64,000 nucleotides of DNA from Mobula hypostoma (taxonomy: Eukaryota), in assembly GCF_963921235.1 (NCBI RefSeq), contig NC_086097.1, forward strand, positions 184,390,001 through 184,454,000, given 5' to 3'. The notes under the pieces are model-generated. The model was not told the DNA's origin. It made no database searches and saw only the letters and a program-made list of their open reading frames with translations. This document shows, in pieces, positions 25,085 to 38,759 of this stretch (positions are counted from its first letter, which is position 1; each line of letters begins with the position of its first letter). The position numbers and the translations under genes were made by a program.

Positions 25085-25340
25085 TTGGGAGATGAGTGGT
25101 GTACCACAGGCATCAGTGCTGGGTTCCCTGTTGTTTGTCATCTATATGGTTGAGAGTTTGGATGGCATAGTTAGTAAGTTTGCAGATGATACCAACATTA
25201 CTGGTGTTGTGCATACTTGTCAAATTGAATCCAAAATTGGCTTGAATAGAGGAGACACGGGGAAATAGTGGAGAGTTGCTTTCATGATTTGAAGCTTGTG
25301 GACAGTGGTGTACCAAAGGGACCTGGGCTGTAATATGCAC
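25085..25340 (+). mobile_element. CR1 RT fragments
   Basis: SGVPQASVLGSLLFVIY..SKFADDT. Confidence 0.75.
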
Positions 25341-25379
25341 TATTTGTTGTATTCAGTAATAATATGGATACAACATTTG

Positions 25380-25690
25380 GTATGGTAGCATAACGGCTAA
25401 TGTGATGCTTTACACAACCAGCAATTTTGGTTTATTTCCCACTGATAACTGTAAGGTGTTTTACGCTCTCCTCATGACTGCGTGGGTTTCCTCAGGAAGG
25501 CCCAGTTTCCTCCCATGTTCCCAATACATAGATTTAGTAGTAAGTTGAGGGCATGCTGTGTTGGTGCTGGAAGCATGGTGACATTTACAGACTGTTCAGC
25601 ACACCCTCAGCATAATGACTGTTTTGTTCACTGATGCAAACGATGCATTTCACTGTATTCTTCGATGATCGAAAAACAAAAGTTAATCTT
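25380..25690 (+). mobile_element. tRNA-derived V-SINE-like element, degraded
   Basis: V-domain-like TGACTGCGTGGGTTTCCTCAGG..CAGTTTCCTCCCA, preceded by a decayed tRNA-like head. Confidence 0.65.
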
Positions 25691-25781
25691 TTGTCTTTGT
25701 GAATACTTAGAGATATAATCAGGTATTTGAGCTAGACATAGCTCAAACACCACTTATAAATTTGCCAATGAAATCACTATT

Positions 25782-26511
25782 GTTAGTAGAATCTCAGATG
25801 GTGACAAGGAGAGATAGAAGAATGAAATAGATCATATGGCTGAGTGGTGCAACACAACCTTGAGCTCAAAGTCAGCAAGTCCAACGAATTGATTGTGAAC
25901 TTCACGAAGGGGAAGTCGGGAGAACACACACTAATCCTCATTGAGGGGTCAGCAGCGGAAAGGGAGAGCGGCTTCAAGTTTCTGGGCACCAATATCTCAG
26001 AGGATCTAGTCTGGGCACAACACATTGATGCAATCATGAAGAAGGCTTGCCAGTGTTTCTGCTTCATTAGCAGTTTGACATTTGCCAATTTGATCAGATT
26101 CTGACTGGTTGCATCAGCTTCTGGTATGGAAGCTCCAATGCACAGGATCGCAAGAAGCCGCAGAGGATTGTAGACTCAGCCAGCTTCACCATGGGCACCA
26201 ACGTTCCTGCCATTGAGGACCTCTTCGAGAGGAGGAGACATCTATTATTAAGGACCCTCACTATCCACAGCCTAACCTCTTCATGTTACTACCATCAGGG
26301 AGGAGGTACAGGTTTTAGGAATAGCTTCTTCCCCTCAGCAATCAGATTTCAAAACAGTCTATGAACCCATGTACACTTCCTTGTTATTCCTCTTTTTGCA
26401 CTATTTACTTATTTTGTAGCTTTTGGTAAAATATGAATTACTCTGTTCAGCTGCCACAAGCAGCAGAATTCTATATCACGTGTTAATGATAATAAACCTG
26501 ATTCTGATTCT
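25782..26511 (+). mobile_element. Rex1/Babar-like LINE 3' portion
   Basis: NLELKVSKSNELIVNF..FKFLGTNISEDLVW..KKACQ; ends AATAAACCTGATTCTGATTCT. Confidence 0.85.
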
Positions 26512-26627
26512 CTGTAATCTGTACTTCTACCAAATGACATGACATGAAAGTTAGCCATGTAGTTGGCATGGAGGATAGTTGTTGGTCACAAGGTGATGGT
26601 GATTTATTAGTAAAATGGCCAGAGCAA

Positions 26628-27288
26628 TTAGATTAGATTAGATTATGAGGACACGCAGTCCTCTTTTATTGTCATTTAGTAATGCATGCATTAAGAAATG
26701 ATACAATGTTTTTTCCAGAATGATATCACAGAAACACATGACAAACCGACTGAAAAACTGACAAAGACCACATAATTATAACATATAGTTACAACAGTGC
26801 AAAGCAATACCGTAATTGGATAAGAACAGACCATGGGCACGGTAAAAAAATCTCAAAGTCTCTCAAAAGTCCCATCATCTCATGCAGATGGTGAACCTCC
26901 AGTGCCGCAAACTTGCCGATGCAGCATCCTGGAAACATCCAACCACAGTCCGACTCTGAGTCCGTCCGAAAACTCCGAGCCTCTGACCAGCTCTCTGACA
27001 CCGAGCACCCAGCACCGAGCACCATCTCTGCCGAGCCCTTCGACCCCGGTCCCGGCAACAGGCAATAAGCAAAGCTGAGGATCTGGGGCCTTTCCCTTTG
27101 GAGATTCTCGATCGCATAGTAGCAGCGGCAGCGAAGCGGGCATTTCAGAAGTTACTCCAGGTGTTCCTCTGTGCTTCTCACAGCTGTGTCCATCAAATCA
27201 GGATTGTGCACGGCCCCCTAGTTAACACATAAGATATCATTCGGAACGGCCGCACGTGCTGTGTCGTGCAACCATTTTCTCCTCCCTC
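26628..27288 (-). mobile_element. Non-coding, non-autonomous retroelement with 3' stem-loop and (TAATC)n tail
   Basis: Minus 3' end AATAAAA-GAGGAC-TGCGT-GTCCTC-ATAATCTAATCTAATCTAAT. CpG-rich body with no recognisable ORF. Interrupts a CR1 fragment. Confidence 0.7.
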
Positions 27289-29199
27289 TAATTGTAGATT
27301 GATTTTAACCCTGATAAATGTGGAGGGATAGGATTAGTAAGGGCTGTACATATATATGTAGGGTCCCAAGGAGCACTGAAGAACAGAGGGACCTTGGGGT
27401 ACAGGTCCAAGAAATGGTGGCAAACAGTCCAATTACTTGAGATAGGCCTTTTCATGGATACTGTATACGAAGGAATTCATGGTGTACTTCCTGAACATTC
27501 CTAGCTAAAGGTCTTTCCAACATGAACATTAGCAAATCAGGTAGGTCACATGTCATCATCCGTAACAAAGCTTTTGGATAATGGAGAACATTCTTCTGTC
27601 TCTCAGAAATTCTTTCAATTGTCAGAGTTAAATTACTCTTTTGCTGTTTTCCCAGGCATTATTGAGAAGGGCCTCCAGGAGTTTACTTCCTCATGAATCT
27701 GTTAAGTACATATGTCAGTGGGCTTATATTCATGTTGTTTTGTTTGGTTCGGGTGAACACTTCATTTGTTTTTCAATGCAGCAGATGTAGCCTGACTACT
27801 GAGAGGAAATGAACTGATATATCACCTAGGACAATTTAACTTTGCTATAATTCAGGTGTTAGTGTGGTCCTTGTCTGCCTTGATTGCGCTTTCGGAAGTT
27901 AACAATTATTGGTAGCACATGAATTCCAGGTGATTCACATGAGAACCCCATGATGAAGTTCCATTAAGCTAGGATAATGTTATGCTTTATGCATTTTCCC
28001 GTGAACGTAACTTGAAATATATCGATCCTCATGTATTTCCATCTATGCCACCCATTTGCTTTTTAAAATTATTAGCAAAAAGCAGCATTTTATTATTATA
28101 ATTTATGCAGTCTGGAGATGTCAAGGCAAAAAAAATAGGTAAACTGCAAAGGATTAGTGATTGTATATAGAGCTCCCAAAGGATCATTATATCACAGGAA
28201 TTTTAATATTATAAAGGATCATTCTAATCAAAAAGGAAAGATTTGAAAATATTCAGATCAGCACAGTTGAAAATTCTCATGAAAGCAGTATGAATTTTAA
28301 AAAAATAAACATTATGATCACTGTCTAATAATAAATAAGGCACAAATTATGAATTCACCCTGTTATAAACAGCAAAGGTAGCCATAATACTTAACAAGTT
28401 TCTTCTTAATTGAAATTAGGTTTCCAATTGAAATTGTATGCATGGATTAATCGTAGCATAGCGGTGAGAACTAAACCCTATCCTTGTACCTTTAAAATAA
28501 AATCAGCTGTCACTAATTTTAGTTATCACCCTTGATTAAAGGAACTAAATGAAAGCTGGGATAGTAGCAGGTCTGGGACAGACGATCCATGTGAAACACT
28601 CTGTTAACTTTATTGATTTGTGACTTACATGTAATAAAAACATTGACGTAATACAAATGTTGCTATTCATGCTTCAGAAGAAAATATTTATAAATCAAAT
28701 AAGCACATTCTGTCATTATTTGTGAACTACTCCATTTATATTAATGAGGAAATAACATAAAACTGTTAGAAGAGGACTCTCACCCATTGAACCAATCTGA
28801 TTAAACTCTATCGTAATCCCTCCAAACCCCTTTTCGACCTATTGTATGTTGCGACTGTGGCATATCCTCCTCTGATTGGGCTGCTTTCAGAAGATGGCCT
28901 GCAACTGTGGCATAGTGTTGTCAATCTACTTACATTAAACCATGTTTTGTTCAAGTACTTCCCTCTGCTAGTCAACAAAAAAACTATAGCAATTTTTTTT
29001 TGTATTGTGTCAGGGGATGAAAAATCTCAATATTAAGTCAAAGGAATTTTTGTGAATGAAAAGTTAGTATCTTATATTTTGAGATAAATCTGAATGGGTT
29101 TAATTAGATCATTTTAGTTAAAGATACCTCAAATCTTAACCACTACCTTAAAAAACTTGTATCCTCCATTCAGAACGAAAAAGTACACTACCTGGTATC

Positions 29200-29980
29200 T
29201 AACCTAGGTCCTAGGGGAGTTAGAAACCAGATTAGCGTTTAGGGACAGGGATGTGGAGGAGTTAGAAGTCAGGCTGAAGTTGAGGTCTCCGCGCCAAGGC
29301 CAGTGCTGTGGACATGGAACAAAGGACATCCAGAGCTTAGGCCTGCAATCCATGCTTGAAGGCCAGCGATGTAAACAGGTGGCAAAATACTTCCGTGGAT
29401 ATTGGGCTGTCCCAGGTCTGTGGGTCCTGAGATTGAGTGTCTGTGTGGGGATGAGGCATGAGAGCCTAGAATTCAGGGTCCTGTCATTGGTTACTCTGGG
29501 GGTCAATATGAAGTCTAAGGATTGATTGGAAGTCTGGAAGCCACTGGTTCATGAAACTGCCATTGGAGAGGCAGCTGGTTCGAGTCACTTTCCTCGGAGG
29601 GGTTACTGGTTCAAGTTGCTGCCCTCAGAGGGGCTGCCGGGCACCGATGCTCTTCGAGACGTTATCGAAATTTTAAGATTTATGGATTGGATGGTAATTC
29701 ATATTAGCCACTTCCAGTTCTATGTTTTATTGTGTCCTCACCCATTGTTTCTTGTTGCCGATTTGAGGGCTGGGTCTTTGGGTGATCTGTTAGTTCTTGT
29801 GCAAGGGAGGGGTTGGTGGTGTTTGGGGTTTGCAAAGTTTTGTTTCTTGTTCTTTTCGTGCACGGGGTTTGATGTCTTTATTTCAAATGGTTTTCTGTAT
29901 TTTACGGCTATCTGGAGAAGAGACAAATTTCAGAGTTGTATTCTACATACAGTGATAACAAAATGAACCTCAGAACCTTT
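29200..29980 (+). mobile_element. Degraded non-autonomous LINE-tailed element
   Basis: GC-richer body ending CAGAGTTGTATTCTACATACAGTGATAACAAAATGAACCTCAGAACCTTTG (Rex1/L2-like tail). Confidence 0.4.
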
Positions 29981-30179
29981 GAAGTCTGATTTGTGAAGCC
30001 CGGAGTCTGTAGGCCTGACCTGTGGCTGGAGAACTACCCCTGTGTGTGGGTGGGAGGGAGGAAAGGGGTCTGAACACCACCTCTTTAACAGCAGTATCTC
30101 CACTTCCCGATGATTTTGAAGCAAGAGAGGCTCCCCCCAACACCACCCCCTCACCCCACCATTCTAACTAACTGTTACG

Positions 30180-30720
30180 AGAGCACCAGTGTGCGTCCTG
30201 ACCAGCTGCATCAGCATCCGGACCATCTGGTACAGGAGTTGCAAGGTACCTGACCACAGGACCCTACAAAGGATTGCAGGACTGCTGAGAGGACCTCCGG
30301 GGTCTCTGTTTCACCCATCTGAGATATTAGGCTGGAGCGGTGCGTACGCAGAGCCTTTAGCATTCTTGAGGACCCCTCCCATGCAGAAGAGGTACCATAA
30401 CAGTGGAACAAAAACAGTTAGGACTAGAACAGCTTCCGCCCCTAGGTAGTGAGACCACTGAACTCCTTGCCACAACCCAAACCTTGTCACATATATGGCA
30501 TCAGTAGTGTCATATTGTTTACTTTTTAACGTGTCATAAATGCTCCTGATTCTAAGTGTCAATCTTCTGGAATATATTTCATTACTTGTCAATTTACCTG
30601 TGGTTATATTACATTATGTGTTGTGTGAATTGTACGTACAGTGTTGTGAACCTTGGTCCGGAGGTCTGCTGCTTCGTTTGGTGGTATGCATGTATACGGT
30701 TAAATAATAATAAACTTGTT
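30180..30720 (+). mobile_element. Rex1/Babar-like LINE 3' fragment
   Basis: VLTSCI..IWYRSCKVPDHRTLQR; the 3'UTR matches 38460-38660 plus 40814-40850. Confidence 0.8.
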
Positions 30721-30769
30721 TTGCAGTTGTGTTCTGTTTTATTGTGCTCTGTGTTGTACTGCTAAGCAG

Positions 30770-30908
30770 GGTGGGAACACTATTTTGGCACCAGAATGTG
30801 AGGTGGGGCATGAGTCTGCCCACAGCACACCCTCAGGTCGTGTTGGTTGTTATGTTTCAGGGCACATGTGATCAATGAATTTGAACTTGAATCTGAATCT
30901 GAATCTGA
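30770..30908 (+). mobile_element. SINE/LINE 3' tail ending in (TGAATC)n
   Basis: CAGCACACCCTCAG block shared with ~25597; TGAACTTGAATCTGAATCTGAATCTGA. Confidence 0.55.
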
Positions 30909-32317
30909 GATCCAGATTTATACAATTTAAACTCATCTGCATAGCCAGGTACAGCAGCAATTCTGGAAGTGTTGGAACAAAACACTTCCTTCATTAAATT
31001 CTGCGCACTTCTTCATCTTAGGAACCCCAACTAACCATTCTTATATGAAGCTAATTGACTCTAACTTGAAAACTGTGATCTTTCAGCTTGTCAAGACCTG
31101 ACAAACATCTTATCCAAAGTCAAAATAGTACTTTTGCCTTTGAGTCATAATCAGTAATTGCTACCTGCACCTAACAGATGTATTAGGTACCATGATGTTA
31201 TAGTTCAAGACGTTTTGAAATCTATGCACCAGAATCCCCAGAACTTTTTTTTGCCCAACTACTTTCATACATTTTCTTGAAGGTGTATATTTGTTGACAA
31301 TTCACCCCTGCCAACCTAACACTCCTACTTTTCCCTAAGTTAAAATATTTACCCTGATGTGCAAAGAACAACAAGGAGCTAAGCAGAACATACAATTACT
31401 GTGGAGATAATAGACTACTAACGCTAGCATCCTCACTTATGCATTTATTTGATGTTGCTCTCAGGAAGTCCAACTCCTCCACAGAGTATACTTTTTCACT
31501 CCTTACCAATAGGTCTGCCACTGAAAGATGTGGACTTAAGATTTTTCTCCAGGAGGTCCCCTCTGAAGATACTATAAAAAGTTAGGGCTGGTACATTCAA
31601 GAGTGAGTGAACATCAGTAGTGTTGTAATTAATAATTATAGCCAAATGACCTCTCTGGCCCTGACAAATTATTTAGGAGTCCTTAACAGTAACTTAATAT
31701 AGGTTTTTAAAAAAATGTTGTGTCTCTCTCTTTTGCATTTTTATCTTAATCTCATCTATATTTATGAATCTCTTTTTGCTTCTGCATGCAATTTGGATTT
31801 AATTAATGCATCCTCCTTTAGGCTCTGCGTCTTTCAGAGAGATTTCTTCAATTTGATTGGTTGATAAGCCTACATATTTTTATATCAGTTCACAGACGTT
31901 GCAGGCTCCTTTAGAAATACTGCACTGAGCACTTTGCACCTTGAAATTTCTGATGGTATTTAGCAACAAATTTAACACTTTTTTTCCACAACTTATCACC
32001 TGGAGCATTTAATCTGACTGAATCTCTAGGCCACCATATTTTATTGTGCTCAGTAAATAGCTTCATTTAACACAGGAGATTCTGCAGATGTTGGAAATGT
32101 AGTCACTTGAGTGTAGTTTATTATAATATTGGTTTATTATTAATGAATCAAGTAAACAGAAGGTACAGAAGGCGGAGCAAGGGTGCAGTGCCCAGTGGTA
32201 GTGTAGGCGGAGTAGAAAATGAAATTGGATATCTTTGCAAGAAGTTAGAAAGTTGAAGAAATCCAAGGACATAGAAAGCAAGTGAAAGATAGAAAATCTG
32301 ATATTACAATTGGTGGT

Positions 32318-33778
32318 TGTCTCTCGAGGTCCGAGGAAGAGTAAACATTGTGCAGTCACCTGTGGATACACATGTGGCTTCGGAGGCCGAAGGCCGAAGC
32401 ACACATGCGGTTGCAGGTTAGACATGGAATGGCGGTTGTTAGAACAGGTGCATACACAGTTTTGTAGCGTCGGTTTCGTGCTGCTGCAAGGTGCTGATTT
32501 CAGTCATCCTCAAAATCAGATGCAGCTTTTCTGGTCAGGGCGCACCACACAGCCCTATCGTCTGCAGACTCCTCAAGTTGTCGAGGCTGGAGGTCTGACC
32601 ATTTGATGTACGATTTCAGATTGTCTTTGAATCTTTTTTTGGGGCGGCCCTGATTGCGACTGCCATGTGAAGCTCACTGTAGAGCAGCTGCCTGGGGATT
32701 CTTGTTTCACCCATGCAGATTACATGGCCCATCCAGCGTAGCTGGGACAGGAGGATCCTTGCCTCAATGCTTGTGCTGTTGGCTCTGTCAAGGACTTCCT
32801 GGTTGGTGATTCGGTCCTGCCATCGAATCCTCATGATCGACCGCAGAGAGCGCATGTGAAACTGCTCCGGCTGTTTGATGTGCCTGTGGTACAGGGTCCA
32901 GGTTTCGCAGCCATACAGGAGAGAGGTGAATGTCCTTGTGCTCCAGAACTTTGACACGGAGTTTCCCTGAGTGCCTGGCTGGCTTTCTGGATCCTTGCTA
33001 TGATTTCTTTGTCTAGGGATCTGTCACTGGAGATGCTGCTTCCTAGATACTTTAAGCTCTCCACAGTCTTCAGGACAGTGCTGTCGATGGTGATGCATGG
33101 CCGAGGAGAGTGACTGTTTGGTGCAGGTTGTAGGAGAACTTCTGTCTTGAGGCTGCGGAGAACTTGTCGGCAATCGTCTGCAGGTGGTTCTCCTGGTGGG
33201 CCATGAGGGCACAGTTATCAGCAAACAGGGCTTCAGTGATGAGCCTCCTCAGCGTTTTGGTCTTTGCAGCAAAGCGTCTCAGATCAAACATCGATCCGTC
33301 TAGGTGATATCTTTTGTAAATACCCAGATCTATGTCCTTAACAGCATGCTTCAGCACTTGGGTGAAGAAGGGGTTGAAGAGCACTGGTGCTAGAACACAC
33401 CCTTGCTTCACGCCATTGGAGATGTTGAAAGTTTCAGATGGGGAACCATCTGAGAACACTCCCATCATGCCATCGTGGAGCAGGTGGATGAGTGTCGTGA
33501 ATTTCTGTGGGCAGCCAAGCTTTCTAAGGATGATCCACAGCACGTTTCTGTTGACTGTGACAAACACCTTCGTCAGATCAATGAAGACAGAGTATAATGT
33601 CATGTTCTGTTCCTGTATCTGCCTCACTGTGAAGATCATGTCGACAGTGCTGCATTTGGGATGAAAGCCGCATTGCGACTCAGGAAGGTTCTCTTCTGAC
33701 ACTGTTGGAATCAGTCTGTTGAGGATGATGTGGGCGAGGATTTTTTCTGGCAATGGAAAGTAGCGAGATGCCTCTGCA
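32318..33778 (-). mobile_element. RTE-clade LINE, 5'-truncated RT to 3' end
   Basis: LPESQCGF, FIDLTKVF, GVKQGCVLAP, LFADNC, KYLGS, LLYGCETW, RIRWQDRITNQEVL. Degenerate TSD ATTACAATTGGTGGT (32303-32317) / ATTACCATTGGAGGT (33779-33793). Confidence 0.92.
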
Positions 33779-33989
33779 ATTACCATTGGAGGTCATAGAA
33801 GACAAGAATGAATGGGACAGCACGAAAAGGGCCAATCTTTCAGTTTGATATTTATGCAGGTTTTAATTGGAGAGGCTGATTGTGTTGTTGAGATTTTATT
33901 TACATGGCTAGTAGCTTGAAAGTACTAAACTAATGCTCCAAGGCAGCTAGTTGATTAGGTAGGTATCCAATTGTCCCTTACACATATAC

Positions 33990-34300
33990 CCTAGCACTGA
34001 ATATGGAGAAAATATTTTTTCCTATGGCAGAATTTAAACAAAGATTCACTTTAAAATATCAAGTCACTTCTTAAACCTGAAAAAAGGTAATGTTTATTTT
34101 TCTTAGAGGTTCATTGGTCTCTCTTTCTCAAAGTGCTGTGGAAGCAGGGCCATTGAATATTTTTACGACAGTGTAATTGTGAGGAGATGAAAGGTGAGTT
34201 GGGGTAAAATGAAATGTGGAGTCGATATGACAATCAAATCGGCCCTGACCTATCAAACGGCAGAGCAGCTTCGAGCAGTTGAGTTGATTACACTTGACTG
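33990..34300 (+). mobile_element. Old CR1 3' end
   Basis: GCTGTGGAAGCAGGGCCATTGAATATTTTTA..GGCAGAGCAGCTTCGAG. Confidence 0.55.
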
Positions 34301-34664
34301 TAAATTTTACGTTCATGTGATTCAGAAAAAGGCATTCTCTAAGTTCACTTAATTTTAAACAATACAAGAATTTTTACAAGAAACTTTGGTCATTTTAATG
34401 AGTAGCCTTCATTCAAGGACTATGGGTTGGTCTTCAATTCTGTTTAAGTAGTTAACGTGTTCACAGGCTATGTTCAAACACCTTCTTTGAAAATTGTAAT
34501 TAGGGTCTAATTTAATTATATGTAAGGGAATAGAAGTTTACATCCAAATACATCTGGTCAAAAATCTGGAGTGATATGAAGTGACTCAGAAATGGTCATT
34601 ATCAATTTTCACTCCAGAAAAATTGATTTTAAATTGTATAATACTGAAGAAACAGTGATATGCA

Positions 34665-35135
34665 ACTGAATTTATATGCAGTGGTGCCTTATCACTTTCG
34701 TTGGGTATAATAAAAGCATTTTACAGCCAATTAATTATTTTTTAGTTGGAAACTAATGGGTTAGCCAGTCATTTCACAGTCTATGTGACTTTACTGAATA
34801 TTCCTACAGCTACATTCACACTGGAAAATGAACAGCCAATTTATGCACAATGAAGTCTCACAGACATTAAATAAGTAGCCACTGAAAGGTCGAGTTGAGG
34901 AAAATTGTTTGCTATGACGTTAAAGGAACCTCTGTTTAAATACTTTAATGCCATAGGAATGTTTATATACACCACTGAAGGTAGATAGGGCCACAGTGTA
35001 ACATCTCATCTGGATGATGGCCCTTATAACAACAGAGCACTCTCAGAGTAATGTAATGAGGTGTTATCCTGGGTTACATGTTTCAGATGCCTGAACCTGC
35101 AGCCTTGTTACTTGTGTACAAAAACCCTGAGCCAA
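34665..35135 (-). mobile_element. Ancient DeuSINE-like (SacSINE1/AmnSINE1-related) relic
   Basis: Blocks CAGCCAATTTATGCACA, TAACATCTCATCTGGATGATGGC, CAGAGCACTCTCAG and terminal CCTGAGCCA resemble the antisense of the Deu domain and tRNA head as I remember it. Confidence 0.5.
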
Positions 35136-35919
35136 TTAATTGATCATTAGTGGCCTCATATAAACTACCATACAGTATTAACTGTGGTTCAGTTCTTTTT
35201 TCACTATCCCATCTCTCCAATTATGACTGAATGTTTCTAAAAAACCATTGCATGTATTTAAAATAAAATGTAGACCTTGTCCGAACTTAACCACAAGCGC
35301 AGTGTTTAGATTCATAGAAATTAGATCATTATTCCATTTTAGGATATAACAAATTATTTTTCTTCTACCAAGAAAAAATATGCTTTATTTTCTAACAATG
35401 TTGTAGGAATGAATAACAGAATAGTATTGTTTCTTCTAATAGTGAATGTTATTGCACATCAGTAATTGGCTGTTTGCAGCTGCTCTGGAAATCACACACT
35501 AGGTCATTGATTGCATAAAAATGCATGACTGCAGTTTTACACTGAGGCAGAACTGAGATCATTTTGATGATGCTAATTGTTCGTGTGCATATTTTGTCAA
35601 AGAATTGCATTTATTTGAGAAGTAAATGCATATTTCAATTCCAATATTAATGAATACCAAGATTAAAATTGAACAAACAAGTTGATAACTGTATTGATTA
35701 TATAAACATGGATCGATTTTGAAGGTTCTTGTTTGGTATTCTTTATATGGTGATCGCCTTCAAACTTGCATGGGTAACCTTGATGCTTTATTAATTCAGG
35801 GGCAAATGGCAACCTCTTGTTAAACAGCATCAAAGAGAAATCACTGTTTTCAACAAGATCAGAATCCAATCCAGATTTATACTTGAAGAGAGCTCTATGG
35901 CTAAGGGCCTTAGTGCTTG

Positions 35920-36705
35920 CTTGTAGGAAGAAGAATGAAGATGTAGAGTATTTTCTAAATCGATAGAGATTTCAGAAATTGGAGGTGCAATTTCAGGCTT
36001 CCCTTAAGTTTGAGTCGGTAGTAAAGAAGGCAGATGTAATGTTAGCATCCATTTTGAGAGCACTGGAACATAAAAACATGATGCACTGTTGAGGCTTTAT
36101 AACTTGTTGGTCAGGTTGCATTTGGAATATCGTGAGCAATTTTGGGTCCCATATCAAGAGAATGGCGGAGCAGGTTTCTTATGGAATGGAAGAGCAGGCT
36201 CGATGGGGCAGATGGCCTACTCCTGCTCCTATTTCTTATGTATCTTCTAAGGGAAGATGTGTTGGCCCTGGAGAGTGTTCAGATAAGGTTCACAACCATG
36301 ATGCCTGCAATGAAATGCTGAGTATGAGGAATATTTGATCTGTCTGAGCCTGCATTAAATGAAGCTGAAAAAAATAAGGGAAGAATCTCATTGAAAACTT
36401 TTGGATATTGAATGGCCTACGGAGAATGTTTCCATTACTGGGAAGACTAGACTGTGAGGGCAGAGCCTCAAAATAAAAGGATGTCACTTTTGAAATGAAA
36501 TGAAATGAGGAGGAATTTCATCAGCCAGTGAGTGATGAGTATGTGGGTTGTGGGGGCCAAGTCATTGGGTATGTTGAAGGTGGAGAATGATGTATTATCG
36601 ATTGGTCAGATGGTTAAGGGGTATGGGGAGGAATCGGAATAGGGTTGAAAAGCTGTCAGCCATGCTTGAATGACAGAGCAGCCTCAGTGAGTCAAAGGCC
36701 CTATA
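35920..36705 (+). mobile_element. CR1 RT/3' fragments
   Basis: GTAAAGAAGGCAGATGTAATGTTAGCA; TGAGGAGGAATTTCATCAGCCAG; CR1 tails at ~36160-36245 and ~36620-36705. Confidence 0.75.
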
Positions 36706-38720
36706 CCGAAATAAACTGGATTACCTGCACTTGAGGTTTGATGAACATGCGAGATCTGTGACTGGCTACATAAAGAAGTGTATTGAAGACTCAACACTGT
36801 TAAATGCATCAATGTGAGTGCAAATCTGAAGCCATGGTTGACAACAGAGGTCCAGACATGGAAGAAAGATTGGGATGCTGCCTTGAGATCAGCAAACACA
36901 GTCCTTTCTCATGCTATCAGAAAGACGAAACAGGATTATTCACAGAGAACATACAGCCATTTCTGTGACACCAGAGACTTGATGCGCCTGTGGTAGTGCA
37001 TTCAGACCATAATAGACCACACGTCCACCCTATGCATCAATGATAGTGATGCCTCTCTTACTGATAGGCTGAATGTCTGATGCACAGAATGATGCACTGG
37101 TGAGTGAGGCCCCCATTCTCCTCAAGGAGCAGGCACTCTGTTTGACTGCAGCTGATGTGAGGAAGACCCTCGCTAGGGTTAACCCATGTCAAGCTGCAGG
37201 GCCTGATAGCACACCTGGTTGACTGCTGAGGGATTGTGAAACCCATTTAACAGACGTTTAGCAGACATTTTCAGCATCGCTCTGGAACAGTCCACTGTCA
37301 GCATAGGTTTCGAGGCAGTCACCTTGAGGGTGATAGTAATCTACCTCAATGACTGTCATCCAGTGGCACTGACTTCAACAATAATGAAGTTCTTTGAGTG
37401 GCTGGTTATGGATCACATTAAATCCCATCTTACTGCTACATTGGACCTTTTTCCATTTGCTTATCACTCAAATTGTTCCACTGATGATGCCATAGCTTCT
37501 ACACTCCACTAAGTCCTGTCCCAGCTGAAAAATGGTGCCTCGCATGCCAGGATGCTGTATATTGGCTTCAGCTCTGCTTTAATATGATCATCTCTCAGAA
37601 GCTGGTGGGGAAACAGCCTTTGATGGGTCTCAGCTCCTCTCTCTGCAACTGGATCATCTTGAAGAAAGGCCCCAGTCAGTCACTGTTGGCAAAAACATCT
37701 CCAGCTCTATCACGCTGAGCAGTGGCACCCCCTAGGCCTATTGTTCAGCCCGCCGCTGACACACGACTACACTGCTAGAGCCAGTTGAACCGAATCATCA
37801 AGCTCGCTGATGACAAAATAGTGGGTGGCCTCATCTACAGCGATGACGAGATGGTGTACAGAGATGAGGTAGGGCGATTGGCAGAATGGTGTAAGCATAA
37901 CAACTTGAGTCTCAACATGGACAAGACTAAAGAGATGACAGTGGACCTTAGGAAGGTACAGGCTGACCACTCCTCACTGCAATGGCTCCTCCATGGAGAG
38001 AGTTAGGAACACCAGGTTTCTGGGAGTGCACATAGTCGATGGACACACATGGTCCCAAGCATAGCAGCATCTCCACTTTTCCTGGAGATTGAGGCAAGCA
38101 AATCCACCCCTTGCCCAACCCCAAACTAATGAATATATACAGAATCACTATATATAGTGTCCTGGCCAACTGAACCACAATTTGGTTCAGGAATAGCAAG
38201 CATCTAACTACAAATACCTAAAAAGGATCGTGGGGACTACTGAGAGGACCACCAGGGTCTTTCTTCCACCCATCAGAGATACTTACCAGGAGCGCTGCCT
38301 GCACAGGGCACGTAGCATTGTCACTGATTTTTCCCATCTGTCCAATTTCTATGAACCCCTACCATCAGGCAGGAGGTACTTATCATAGCATTCGGACAAG
38401 AACTGTTAGGATGGGAAACAGCTTTTACCCACAGGCCATAAGACTACTGAGCTCCCTGCCATCTCCCAGGTCTCATCACCCATGAAGCACTAGTAGTGTT
38501 ATAGGTGTTTTTTGTTTACTTTTTAAGTTACTTCTTAAATGCCCCTCATTATTTGTTAATTTATTTGTGGTAATATTACTTTATATGTTTGTGTGTGATT
38601 TATATGTACTGTGTTGTGCATATTGGTCCAGAGGAATGTTAAGTCATTTGGTGGTATTCATACTTTATCAAAGTTGCTGGTGAACGCAGCAGGCCAGGCT
38701 GCATCTCTAGGAAGAGGTAC

Positions 38721-38759
38721 AGTTGACGTTTCAGGCCGCCGAGACCCTTCGTCAGGACT
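38721..38759 (-). ncRNA. Minimal hammerhead ribozyme motif (intact core, GUC site)
   Basis: Minus strand reads AGTC-CTGACGA-AGGGTCTCGGCGGCCT-GAAA-CGTC-AACT; one stem-I mismatch. Confidence 0.75.
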
